The translations under genes and the position numbers were made by a program. Below are positions 26,021 through 38,514 of a stretch of DNA of 64,000 nt, in pieces. The notes below the pieces were generated by a model, which was given only the letters and a program-made list of their open reading frames with translations, ran no database searches and was not told the origin of the DNA. This DNA is from Octopus vulgaris (taxonomy: Eukaryota): contig OX597816.1 of the NCBI GenBank assembly GCA_951406725.2, positions 165,788,001 through 165,852,000 on the forward strand. The letters run 5' to 3'. Within the stretch, counting starts at the first letter, position 1. Every line of letters begins with the position of its first letter.

Positions 26021-26921
26021 GAGGGACAGAGAGAGACAGAGACAGAGACAGACAGACAGACAGACAGACAAATAGAGAGAATTAACGTAAGAGGTGTAGG
26101 ATTAGAGTCTTATAACTTACTGAAACATTTAAATATTTTAAATGAAATTTGGCAGAGATGGAGTATATTGCGATTATGTTGATAAAAGTTAGAAAATGAT
26201 AACTGATATAGACGCCTCTGAACAGAATCTAATAAGATTCGAAAATTGATTAAGTTTGTTCATATTTTTTCCAACAGCTTAATTAGCTCTGTTTATATGG
26301 GCACTATGACAACCACAGCCTCTACCACGGATCCCTTGTGAATTTTGAAACAGACGCTTCCATGCAAACATCGTCCTTATTAGTCATCAGAGACATAAAC
26401 ACGGTCAGAGGGGAAGAAGTGGTCAAGAAGAAACCAATTAAATTATCTGATACACGATAAAACGCCGCCATCGCCGATGCCGACGATGACGATTATATCA
26501 TTGCTTGATGATAGAGTGTGGACTGAGATTCTCATTGATAGGGCCCTGATATTGAAAAATAAAGTGTTAGCATTTACGGTATATAAATTAGTAGCTCCAG
26601 TCTTCTGTAACTACTGTAATTGTTGAGTATATAAAAAGATTGGCAGCTGGTTTCTCTGGGATTGGCTAAATTAATGTAAACGTCCCTGATGAGAGTCCAA
26701 TGACATATCCAAAAATCGATTAATGCTGTTCATCATATTTTCAATCTCATGAGAAACAGCTTAATTAATCCTGTCTATATAGGTTTTGTAGAGATTACAA
26801 ATATTTATTGCAAATATAGAAATGAGAAATTTGTTTTATTCAATTTTATTTTAAGGTAAAAAAATATTCCGGGGATGTACTTGCATAGCAAGTGACCTGA
26901 TCTGAGATCGTGTGCCGGAAC

Positions 26922-27145
26922 GAAACAATTGCAGCGTGGAAAGTGTTTATAAGCCATTTAAGAAACACACAAACACTTTTAGATTCACTTCAACATTTAA
27001 ATTTAATTTGCCAAAATATTTTCGTCGCTTTGAGACCGCGACCTGTTCACTGAAAGACAAATTAAATTTGAATATTGAAGTGAATCTAACGGTTTTGTGC
27101 TTTTCCTATATGGATTATAAACACCTTCCACGCTGCAATTGTTTC
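26922..27145. repeat. Fold-back element (~90-bp arms) with an HHR-like spacer
   Basis: GAAACAATTGCAGCGTGGAA...AAATTTAATTTG versus CAAATTAAATTT...TTCCACGCTGCAATTGTTTC. Confidence 0.9.
27011..27053 (-). ncRNA. Minimal HHR-like motif with G3-C8 swapped core
   Basis: uca-GUGAACA-G-GUCGC-loop-GCGAC-GAAA-AUAU-UU-ugg. Confidence 0.55.
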
Positions 27146-27269
27146 TTCTTTCGAAAAATAGCTTTCATTTCAGCATTTTGTTAAAATACCAAGAAATTTG
27201 ATAAAAAGTTAAATTGTAATTATTGTATGTATACCATATTTCCTGATATTATCTATGGTGACAAAAGTA

Positions 27270-27351
27270 CAGTAATTCTTCGACTATCGTGGGTGTTACG
27301 TTCCAAAACACGCCGCGATAAGTGAAAATCCGCGAAGTAGAAACGGTACTG
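27270..27351 (+). mobile_element. pogo/Tigger-like MITE fragment
   Basis: TA|CAGTAATTCTTCGACTATCG start shared with 54887; ends TACTG|TA. Confidence 0.6.
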
Positions 27352-27584
27352 TACTTTCTTTTATTCTTTCTTTTACTGGTTTCAATCATTTGATTGCGGC
27401 CATGCTGCAGCACCGATTTAGTCGAACAAATCGACCCAAGGACTTATTCTTTGTAAGCTTACTACTTATTCTATCGGTTTCTTTTGCCGAACCGTTAAGC
27501 TACGGGGACGTGAACATCGGTTGTCAAGCGATGGTGGATAGACAAACACAGTCACACAAACATATATACACATACATACATACA

Positions 27585-27660
<76 letters not shown>

Positions 27661-27690
27661 TGTATGTATGTATGTATGTATGTATGTATG

Positions 27691-27747
<57 letters not shown>

Positions 27748-27760
27748 AACCAGTGAGATG

Positions 27761-27968
27761 TCATTCAGACTTCCTTAACATGAATGACAAAGAGTTTACG
27801 GAAAGTATAAACATCACAGAGAGGCTGTCTCCTTGGAATATACCTTTGCGATACTGTATTCTATCGGTGATAATACAGTCACACCTTGTTTTTAATTTCG
27901 AGATGGTGGCCCACGATGATTTCAGGTCAGCTATGGCTTTGATTATTCTCACTGGAACTTTAGCAAGT
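27761..27968 (-). pseudogene. R4/Dong-like LINE RT fragment
   Basis: [14 protein letters not shown] motif. Confidence 0.8.
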
Positions 27969-27989
27969 TGAATGCATGCATGTATGTAT

Positions 27990-28523
27990 GTATGTATACA
28001 GGAATGCGTACATACATACAATTCATACATACATTCATACATACACATACGTACATACATACATACATACATACATACATACATGCATACATACATATAT
28101 ACATTTATATATACGTACATACATTCATCCATACATACAGACAGATAGACAGACATTTATACATGTATATATACGTACATACATACATTCATACATACAT
28201 ACAGGCAGACATTTATACATACATACTTACATATATACATACATACTTACATCCATCCATCCATCCATCCATCCATACATACATACATACATACAGACAG
28301 ACAGACAGACATTTATTCATACATACAGACAGACATTTATACATACATACATACATACATACATACATGCATACATACATACATACATACATACATACAT
28401 ACATACATACATACATACATACATACATACATACATACATACACATACATACATACATACACACATACATACATACATACATACATACATACATACATAC
28501 ATACATACATACATACATACATA
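27990..28523. repeat. Degenerate (TACA)n microsatellite
   Basis: Directly visible. Confidence 0.95.
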
Positions 28524-28740
28524 CTAGCTGCTTTCTCGTATAGGAGGAGAAAGGCACAACTGAAAGGCACACCTTTTCACACAGCTTGCACATGATCCGT
28601 TGTGAACAACAGCCGTATCACAATCTACAATGGGTTGATTCCCGTGAGTTCCCTGATGGCTGACCAGGCCTACGTGTCTCAAGCATTTACTCCCACAAAT
28701 CACACACATAAAAAGCAACACTCCTTCATTTTCCACAGGT
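28524..28740 (-). pseudogene. Probable RTE-like LINE C-terminal zinc-finger remnant
   Basis: CVICGSKCLRHVGLVSHQGTH followed, after a frameshift, by CKLCEKVC. Confidence 0.45.
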
Positions 28741-28911
28741 TTGTCTTTTTTCTAAGCCTTCTATTGATCTTCTCATGCTTCATTCTCTCTCTTTCAAATC
28801 ACTGAGCACTCTTTTCCTCATTCCATTCCGGTCTTGTGCCTGCCTCTCCCAATCAACAACTGAAACTTGTATACATACATACATACATACATACATACAT
28901 ACATACATACA

Positions 28912-28944
<33 letters not shown>

Positions 28945-29049
28945 GCACACACGCACACACACACACACACAGAGACACACTAACACACACACACACACAC
29001 ACACATATACGATAAATGAGTAAATATTTGAATGAATATTCATATACTC

Positions 29050-29379
29050 TTACTCTCTCTTTTACTCTTTTACTTCTTTCAGTCATTTGACTGCGGCCAT
29101 GCTGGAGTACCACCTTTAATCGAGCAAATCGACCCCAGGACTTATTCTTTCTAAGCCAGGACTTATTCTTTGTAAGTACATGAGCCGTTCCAGTTAACAC
29201 GAGTTTTTTGCACTTCCTGTAGGCATGGTAAGCCTGGTATCATTTTCAAATAGGTGTCTTTTGCCGAACCGCTAAGTGACGGGGACGCAAGCACACCAGC
29301 ATCGGTTGTCAAGCGATGTTAGGGGGACAAACACAGACACACAAACACACACACACACACGCGCACACGCACACACACA

Positions 29380-29427
<48 letters not shown>

Positions 29428-29600
29428 CATATATGCGACGGGCTTCTTTCAGTTTCCGTCTACCAAATCCACTCACAAGGCTTTGGTCGGCCCGAGGCAT
29501 ACAGTAGAAGACACTTGCTCAAGGTGTCACGCAGTGGGACTGAACCCGGAACCATGTGGTTGGTAAGCAAGCTACTTACCACACAGCCACTCCTGCGCCT
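29050..29600 (-). mobile_element. SINE family A with an ~80-bp foreign insert
   Basis: Collinear with other copies except 29175-29255. Confidence 0.85.
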
Positions 29601-29769
29601 ATAGAGATATTATTTTTTCCTTCTTTCTTCAAATTTTCTTCCATTTCTTGCCGAGTGTTTTCCGTACACCTAGGGTAGAGAAGCACAATGTATGCATTCC
29701 CAGATTACACACGCAAATTCACAGGTAGAATATGTACTTTAAAAAATTACTAAATAAATAAATTCATGA

Positions 29770-30135
29770 ATGGATGTTGTTTTCACAGCGATAATGCTCT
29801 TCTCAGTACATGAGCCATTCCAGTTAACACGATTTTTTGCACTTCCTGTAGGGATGGTAAGCCTGGTATCATTTTCAAAAAGGTTTCAGTACCTTTTTTC
29901 TTTAATCATTCCTAGAGATCCTGCAATCACTGGTACTGTAGTCGCCTTGAGATGCCATATTTTTTTCAGTTTCTATATATATATTTATATATATTTGCTG
30001 ATCTTTATATTTACTGATCTTGTCAAATTCTTTCGCCGCTATAGTGTGATCGCAAGGAATACTCAAGTCAATTAATAAACACACCTTTTTTGTCTGATCT
30101 TTTATAATAATATCCAGTTTACTAGACTAGCTTTT
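29770..30135 (-). pseudogene. R4/Dong-like LINE restriction-like endonuclease remnant
   Basis: CLLIDLSIPCDHTIAAKEFDKISKYKD, then WHLKATTVPVIAGSLG. Confidence 0.75.
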
Positions 30136-30187
30136 ATAGTTTTGTCGGTATAGCAGCAGCAAATATATATACATACATATACATATA

Positions 30188-30430
30188 GTGGAGGCGAGAG
30201 GCTTAGTGGTTAGGGTGTCAGCACCATGATCGTAAGATTGTGGTTTCGATTCCTGGACCGGGCGACGCGTTTTGTCCTTGAGCAAAACACTTCATTTCAC
30301 GTTGCTCCTGTCCACTCAGCTGGCAAAAATGAGTAACGCTGCAATGGACTGGCATCCCGTCCTGCTGGGGAACACATGCGCCATTGAAAACGGGAAACCG
30401 GGCCCATGAGCCTGGCTAGGCTTTAAAAAC
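30188..30430 (+). mobile_element. tRNA-headed SINE, family D
   Basis: GGCTTAGTGGTTAGG...GGTTTCGATTCC head; collinear with 52084-52330. Confidence 0.85.
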
Positions 30431-30629
30431 TGCGCATTTAATTATTTTATACATATAAATATATATATCTCATTCGTGTATATATGTATATTAAATGTTT
30501 ATATATTTATGTATTCATGGATTTTGAATATGTTTTAAGATTTTAATGATTTATACATTTGTATCTTTAAAAACTGATATACATCGATCCACGTTTATAG
30601 GAATTGGAGAACCTATTTGAATTTTCCTT

Positions 30630-30675
<46 letters not shown>

Positions 30676-30726
30676 CACGACGTCAAAAAACCTTTGGACT
30701 TTACGTAAAGCTGTTATTATTGTCAT

Positions 30727-31149
30727 TACTCTTTACTCTTTACTCTTTTACATGTTTCAGTCATTTGACTGCGGCCATGCTGGAGCACCGCCTTTAGTCG
30801 AGCAAATCGACCTCAGGACTTATTCTTTGTAAACCTAGTACTTATTCTATCGGTCTCTTTTGCCGAACCGCTAATAGACGGGGACGTAAATACACCAGCA
30901 TCGGTTGTCAAGCAATGCTAGGGGAACAAACACAGACACACAAACATATACACACATACACATATACATATATATATATATACATATATACGACAGGCTT
31001 CTTTCAGTTTTCCGTCTACCAAATCCACTCACAAGGCATTGGTCGGCCCGGGGCTATAGCAGAAGACACTTGGCGAAGATGCCACGCAGTGGGACTGAAC
31101 CCGGAACCATGTGGTTGGTTAGCAAGCTACTTACCACACAGCCACTCCT
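30727..31149 (-). mobile_element. SINE family A
   Basis: Collinear with other copies; (TAAAGAG)n-like tail. Confidence 0.85.
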
Positions 31150-31209
31150 ACTTTATTTTTATATTTATTTTTACACACATTTTTTTCTCTCCTTGTTTTT
31201 TCTGTGTCC

Positions 31210-31245
31210 CTTTCTGTAGAAGAGCGTAGGCTCGAAACGTAAAAG
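31210..31245 (+). ncRNA. Minimal HHR-like motif, CUGUAGA (A6U) core
   Basis: CUUU-CUGUAGA-A-GAGC-guag-GCUC-GAAAC-GUA-AAAG. Confidence 0.5.
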
Positions 31246-31322
31246 TCTTTTTCTATTCCTGAGCGTTATACTAATACACCTGTTTGTTTTGTACACCACC
31301 TGTGTTCGTAAACTCTCCCTAT

Positions 31323-31374
<52 letters not shown>

Positions 31375-31585
31375 ATGGAAAATACAAATAGAGTCTCCAA
31401 TTTATATAAGCATTGATCGATGTATATCATTTTTTGAATATATAAATGTATCAATCATTGAAATACTAAAACATATTAAAAATCCATGAATATATAAATA
31501 TATATAAATTTGATATACATATATAAATAGACGAATGAGATGAAGTTATAAAAGTGCAGATGTATAAAAGTATAGCTGTATAAAG

Positions 31586-31623
<38 letters not shown>

Positions 31624-31813
31624 CTTAAAATTGCAATTAAATGGTGTAGTAGAACGGAGTTGTAAGAAAATTTTTAAAATAAATGTGTCCTTTCGAGAAG
31701 TCTTACGAAAAGAGCGAACAAAGAAAAATCATAGCATTGAGATTAGATTTTTCAGAAGATATATGTTACTAAGAAAAGAGATAATCCTGTTTAGATAAAC
31801 TGTTGGTGGTAGT

Positions 31814-31906
31814 CCATCTACGGCCGTTTCAGGGGCACAGCAATCCATAGATTTTAAGGGTATTTTCACTCCAGAAATTGAATACTGCCTCTTTCATCAG
31901 AAAGAG
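31814..31906 (-). ncRNA. HHR-like motif with canonical core and long stem-loop II
   Basis: CUGAUGA-A-AGAGGCA...UGCCCCU-GAAA-CGGCCG-UA; stem I weak. Confidence 0.55.
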
Positions 31907-32294
31907 TATATTATTCAGGATTATATAAATTAGTGAACCTATCTGAATTCTCCTAAACATTTTTTACATTTTGCGTCTCAGACTTTTATCTGAGCACTTC
32001 AAACTACTGCCTATACAATACACAAAGAAATTATACTGCATATTACGCCATATTTTTTTCTCTAGTTTCAGCTCAGAGCTGCGGCCATGCTGATGCACCG
32101 CCGTTAACTTAAGTTTGTATTTGAAGCGTTGAAATGTATTGTAGAACAAGTAGAAGGATATATTTTTCAACCCGTAAATACTGATAGAACAGCACATATA
32201 GAATAAAATCCTTTTAGAGCAGAAAAGTTTGTCGGCAAGCAGCCATGTGTGCGCGCGCGTGTGTGTGTATACATGTATATATTTGTCAGAAATG

Positions 32295-32406
<112 letters not shown>

Positions 32407-32814
32407 AATAAAGCGCATGCACGTATTCGCGCGTATGTGTGTGCGCATGCGTGTGGATTTTTCACAAAGAACATTACAACGAAAAATTAACGCAACCTAT
32501 TATACATCGGTTTACTTCATTGTCCAATTCTTGCTGTAAATAAATATTTTTCCCCTCTTCCAATTGATGGTGTAGATAATAGATTGCATAACCTCATCCT
32601 TAACTCTCTTTTCTCTTCTCCGACCATTTATCTGATAAACAAACATTCAACTGAAGACCGTGGATCTGTCAGTCTATATTTAACCTTTTTTTCATAAACA
32701 CTAATCTTTCCTCGTTGTCCAATCGATTCGTTTTCAATGCGAGCACTTTTTACTTCAGAGGAAATGTATTTACTCCTTCACGTATATATTTCTCCTTTTT
32801 CCTCATTATTGTTA

Positions 32815-32894
32815 CTACCACTATTAATACGACGACGACGACGACTATTACCACGACAACTCAAACCACCACCAACACCGCCACCACCGCCACC

Positions 32895-32949
<55 letters not shown>

Positions 32950-32958
32950 TTGCTGCTG

Positions 32959-33008
<50 letters not shown>

Positions 33009-33009
33009 G

Positions 33010-33060
<51 letters not shown>

Positions 33061-33096
33061 TTGCTACTACTACTACTACTACTACTACTATTGCTG

Positions 33097-33155
<59 letters not shown>

Positions 33156-33159
33156 ACTA

Positions 33160-33214
<55 letters not shown>

Positions 33215-33340
33215 GTGGTAATAGTCGTCGTCGTAGTAAAAGTAGTAGTATAATGAGGAAAAGGGCGAAATATATGTGGAGTAAATACTACTGCTACAAA
33301 TACTACTACTACTGCTGCTGCTGCAACTACTGCAACTATT
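32815..33340. repeat. (ACT)n trinucleotide array with GCT/ACC variants
   Basis: Directly visible; source of the poly-T/L/V ORFs. Confidence 0.95.
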
Positions 33341-33367
33341 ACAACTGGCAGAATCGTTAGGGGAGTG

Positions 33368-33612
33368 GACCCGGAAGTTGCAGTACGCAAACAGCAGCAG
33401 TAATTTTCTTCAGCTGAATACACGTCATTGATTGGCTAAAATTACTCAAATTCGACTTTAACACGGAATAACTTCTAAAATACAAAATTTTGTCAAAGAC
33501 GTTAAGAGTAAGCTCTGTTCTATGCGACACATTCTACCAGTATTCGAAGTTTCAAAGTGTTTAGTTAAAAAAAAATAATCTTAAAATCTGTCGGTCAGAT
33601 TGAAAAGATCCG
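33368..33612. mobile_element. Unclassified interspersed repeat; inverse copy at 38740-38968
   Basis: Shared blocks CCGGAAGTTG, GAATACAC.TCATTGATTG, ACACATTCTACCAGTAT and AAAGATCCG. Confidence 0.6.
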
Positions 33613-33656
33613 TAGAAACAATTATTATTATTAATATCATTATTTCATCCTCGAAA

Positions 33657-34040
33657 GCGGTAAGCTGGCAGAATCTTTAAATACTTAACGGCATTTTGTC
33701 TGCCATTACGTTCTGAGTTCAAATTCCGCCGAGGTCGACTTTGCCTTTCATCCTTTCCGGGTCGATTAAATAACTACCAGTTACGCACTGGCGTCGAAAT
33801 AACAGACTTAATCCGTTTATCTATCCTTGTTTGTCCTCTCTGTGTTTAGCTCCTTGTGGGTAGTAAAGAAATAGGTATTTTGTCTGTCATTACGTTCTGA
33901 GTTCAAATTCCACCGCGTTTCGACTTTGCCTTTCATCCTTTCAGGGTCAATAAACTAAGTACGAGTATCGTACTGGTGTCGATCTAATCGACTAGACCCC
34001 CTCCCTCAAAATTTCAGGCCTTGTGCCTTGAGTAGAAAAG
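33657..34040 (+). mobile_element. SINE family B dimer
   Basis: Second unit restarts after AAAGAAATAG (~33875). Confidence 0.8.
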
Positions 34041-34049
34041 ATTATTATT

Positions 34050-34530
34050 TCATTTACATACAGCAAATTAGACTGTTGGGAAAAATGTCCAACATTGGGC
34101 TAAGCAACCTTAGATGCCAAGAACCTTCCTAAGTATCCTAGTTGTTCTAATAACACTGTTTTCTGGAGCTGCACTAAATTGGGTTTTATACCTATTTCCT
34201 CTATCCATCTGTTCAGATGGTTCACCCATGCGAACTTTTGCAGCTTTCTTTTTCTTCAGAAAGCAGCTTGTTTTTTCCCCACACGTTTATATATATATTT
34301 CCTTTGATATTTATTGTAGTTTTGTAAATTGTAGAAGGAAGGGTTTGTTGTTTTAAGGGATTGCTGATATCTTTAGATTTGGTGATTATGACGGATAGTT
34401 ACTTTTCCCCCTCAGTGTTATCTCCAGCTCCTTCAGTATCTTATTAACCATCTTAAATATTTTAATCACAAGTTTGGAATCATAAATGTTGGTGTTTCCC
34501 ATCTGTATTAATATTATCACTTCCCACGAT
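34050..34530 (-). pseudogene. Highly decayed R4/Dong-like LINE 3' end
   Basis: LQKTVLL followed by a frameshifted TTRILRKVL-like terminus. Confidence 0.45.
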
Positions 34531-34815
34531 TATTCAAAAGCTATCAGTAGCAGGTGTTGCTATGGTGGTGGTATTAGAGACACTTGATGTTGTTGCAGTT
34601 GTCAATGTCGTTTTGGATGCTGTTGATGCTGTTGTTGTTCGCGATTGTGAATTTATATAACGGAAATTCCAATTTAGTTTGTGTCATTATTCTGGAACGT
34701 ACGAACACTGACTAATCAAACATATTCAGATACAAGGACTACACTAACATATTCCAACTTACATACAAACACTAACAACGGAACACTGTCTTGTACAAAG
34801 GTACAGGTAGAAGCA

Positions 34816-35274
34816 AGGCGGCGAGCTGGCAGAAATTTTAGCACGCCGGGTGAAATGCTTAGCAGTATTTCGTCTGCCGTTACGTTCTGAGTTCAAATTC
34901 CGCCGAAGTCGACTTTATCTTTCATCCTTTCGGGGTCGATAAATTAAGTACCAGTTACGCACTGGGGTCGATATTATTGACTTAATCCGTTTGTCTTCTC
35001 TCTGTGTTTAGCCCCTTGTGGGCAGTAAAGAAATAAGTATTTCGTCTGCCGCTACGTTCTGAGTTCAAATTCCGCCGAGGTTGACTTTGCCTTTCATCCT
35101 TTCGGGGTCGATAAATTAAGTACCAGTTACGCACTGGGGTCGATGTAATCGACTTAATGCGTTTGTCTGTCGCCGCTACGTTCTGAGTTCAAATTCCGCC
35201 GAGGTTTTACCAGTTACCCTGGGGTCGTGTAATCTCTATGTTTAGCCCCTTGTGGGTAGTAAAGAAATAGGTAT
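34816..35274 (+). mobile_element. SINE family B multimer
   Basis: Three B-box units in tandem. Confidence 0.85.
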
Positions 35275-35280
35275 TGGTAG

Positions 35281-35680
35281 AGGCGTGGCTGCATGGTAAG
35301 AAGTTGGTTTCCGATCCACATGATCCCGGGTACAGTCCCCCTTCTTGCCACCACGGGCAAGTGCTTTCAACGAAAGCCTCAGGCCGATTAAAACTCTGTG
35401 AGTAGATTTGGTAAACTGGAACTGAAAGAAACCCGTCATGTGTCTGTGTGTTCGCACCCCACCTACCGTTTTACAACCGGTGTCGGTATGTTTATGTCCT
35501 AATATCATAGCAGTTTAGCCTTAGATACCAATAGAATAAGTATCAAGCTTTACAAAAAAAAAAAAAAGAACTGGAGTTGATTTGTTTGCCTTAAATTCTT
35601 CAAGGCGGTGCCCCAGCATGGCCGTAGTCTTATGCCTGAAACAAGTAAAAAATAAAAAAGAAAGAAAAAGAAAAAAAGAT
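35281..35680 (+). mobile_element. SINE family A, diverged
   Basis: Collinear with 38990-39420. Confidence 0.75.
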
Positions 35681-36000
35681 AAATGCAACACTGTTTTCTG
35701 AAGAGGTATTCAAACGATGGTTAACTGGCAGCAACAGATTCTTTTTAAGATAGAAAATTCTGAGCACGTTAACAGATAGCATAAGAAGAAACTATTTAGC
35801 TTCATTCGTTAACTGTCCTGTCGTACTTTGCTCTCCATCCATCCTCTTCTTTTTCCCTCTCTTTTAATCCTCCTCTCTGTTTCCAAATGAGTATATACAT
35901 ACATATATATACAAACACACACACACACAAACACACACAGGATCGCAGAAATCTACAAGCGTTTTCATTCTCTCTCTGTTTATTTCCTCTTACTCCTAGC

Positions 36001-36738
36001 TTATTTCTTTACTGCCCACAAGGGGACTACACACAGAGGGGACAAGCAAGGACAGACACATTATATCGACCCCAGTGCGTAACTGGTACGTATTTAATCG
36101 ACCCCGAAAGGATGAAAGGCGAAGTCGACCTCGGCGGAATTTGAACTCAGAACGTAACGGTAGACGAAATACCTATTTCTTTACTACCCACAAGGGGCTA
36201 AACACAGTAACGGCAGACGAAATACCTATTTCTTTACTACCCACAAGGGGATAAACACAGAGAGGACAGACAAGGACAGACAAACGGATTAAGTCGATTA
36301 TATCGACTCCAGTGCATAACTGGTACTTAATTTATCGACCCCGAAAGGATGAAAGGCAAAGTCGACCTCGGCGGAGTTTGAACTCAGAACGTAACTGCGG
36401 CCGAAATACCGCTAAGCATTTCACCAAGCATGCTACTGGTTCTGCCAGATCACCACCTGTTGTTTTCTTTTTGGGCTGGGAACAAGTATCCGGTGATACT
36501 TGATACCTATTTCTTTATCACCCACAAGGGGCTAAACACAGAGGGGACAAACAAGGACAGACATAGGTATTAAGTCGATTACATCGACCCCAGTGTGTAA
36601 CTGGTACTATATTTATCGACCCCGAAAGGATGAAAGGCAAAGTCGACCTCGGCGGAATTTGAACTCACAACGTAACGCAGACGGAATAGCGCTAAGCATT
36701 TTGCCCGGCGTGCTAACGTTTCTGCCAGCTCGCCGCCT
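36001..36738 (-). mobile_element. SINE family B cluster/multimer
   Basis: Three body units plus a partial unit with AAATACCTATTTCTTT junctions. Confidence 0.85.
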
Positions 36739-36984
36739 TCTTATTTCTATCTGTTGAAGAGTGTACGCTCGAAACCTAAAGGACATTTTCATTTTTACTC
36801 GAGCGTCAAACTAATACACTTGCTTGTTGTTCATATACTTGTCTTCGTCTTTTGTTTTCCTATAAATTTCAACTATATCTATAGTTCTGTCTTGGTTTTC
36901 CTGTCCGTCTTTGTATCGTCCATCTGTCCGTATGTTTTCATTGTCGTCCGTTACGTTCTTTTTCCGTTTTTTTTTGGATATATA

Positions 36985-37392
36985 CTCTTTACTCTTTACT
37001 CTTTTACTTGTTTCAGTCATGTGACTGTCGCCATGCTGGAGCACCACCTTTAATCGAGGAAATCGACCCCCGGACTTATTCTTTATTAGCCTAGTACTTA
37101 TTCTATCGGTCTGTTTTGCCGAACCGCTAAGTTACAGGGACATAAACACACCAGCCTCGGTTGTGAAGCGATGTTGGGGTGACAAACATAGACACACAAA
37201 CATATACACACACATACATATATATATACATATATACGACGGGCTTCTTTCAATTTCCGTCTACCAAATCCACTTACAAGGCTTTGGTCGGCCCGAGGCT
37301 GGAGTAGAAGACACTTGCCCAAGGTGCCACGCAGTGGGACTGAACCTGGAACCAAGTGGTTGGTAAGCAAGCTACTTAGCACACAGCCACTC

Positions 37393-37393
<1 letters not shown>
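36985..37393 (-). mobile_element. SINE family A
   Basis: Collinear with other copies. Confidence 0.85.
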
Positions 37394-37426
<33 letters not shown>

Positions 37427-37559
37427 CCACCTCACTTGTCAACTTGTCAGTCATAAGATAGTGCTTATCGTGGCTATGAGCTGTTTTGACTCCTATTTCT
37501 AGTAATACTGGCGGTGGCTGGCGCCCTTAGACGCTTTAGTGACGTATATGTGTGTGTAT

Positions 37560-37598
<39 letters not shown>

Positions 37599-37604
37599 GT
37601 CGTG

Positions 37605-37973
37605 GCACTCAGTTAGTTACGGCGACGAGGGTTCCAGTTGATCCGATCAACGGAACAACCTGCTCGTCAAATTAACGTGCAAATGGCCGAGTACTCCACA
37701 GACACGTGTACCCTTAACGTAGTTCTCGGCGAGATTCAGCGTGACACAGAGTGTGACAAGGCTGGCCCCTTTGAAATACGGGTACAACAGAAACAGGAAC
37801 AAAGAGAGAAATTTGCGATGAAACAATACAGCAGGGGTCACAACCACCAGAGCCTCGGGAAGGTTTAGGCGTTTTCGCTCAATAAACACTCGCAACGCTC
37901 GGTCTGGGAATCGAAACCACGATCCTACGACTGCGAGTCCGCTACCCTAATCACTGGTCCATTGCACCTCCAC
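37605..37973 (-). mobile_element. SINE family C
   Basis: Reverse complement of 54373-54750. Confidence 0.85.
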
Positions 37974-38026
37974 ACACACAAACACACACACAAACACACT
38001 CGCACATACACACACACGTATATATA

Positions 38027-38063
38027 TGTTTCCGACGAAGAGCTCCGCCCGAAACGTCAAACA
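38027..38063 (+). ncRNA. Minimal HHR-like motif, CCGACGA core
   Basis: Stem I UGUUU/AAACA, GAAAC-GUC. Confidence 0.5.
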
Positions 38064-38154
38064 CTCCTTCCTCCCTTCTTTCCTGAGCGTCCAATAATAC
38101 TTTATTTGTTCCACGTCCTTGCGTTGTTGTCTTTTTGTTTTCTTGTTTGGATTA

Positions 38155-38200
<46 letters not shown>

Positions 38201-38514
38201 TTAAAAATGGGGAAGATCGGTTTAGTGGATTACCTTAGGTTTCCCGCCCATAAAGGGTTTAGCTTTATAGCATATTGTCAGATCCTAAAACTTGTTGGCC
38301 CAAGGCATCTTAAGAAAATGGGTGAAGAAATGCCTCACTACTCAAAGATAACAACGGGGATTATCTCCCTTGGCTACTGGCTATCGACTTCTGTCTGTGC
38401 CGCCATTTTGTGGGCTCCAAAAAGCTAGCAAGAATCTCCTGAAATGTATACAGGCATAAGCTCGCTTTGCTACCACGTGTTTTCGGGTTTAGTCTCAGAA
38501 TGTATACAAGTATA

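Noticed and set aside
26680-26765. CTGATGA...GAAACAGCTTA as a hammerhead
   Set aside because: Stems I and II cannot be paired convincingly in this copy; at best a decayed relic
28630-28710. C2H2 zinc-finger host gene
   Set aside because: Isolated, frameshifted and without TGEKP linkers; fits a LINE C-terminal finger better
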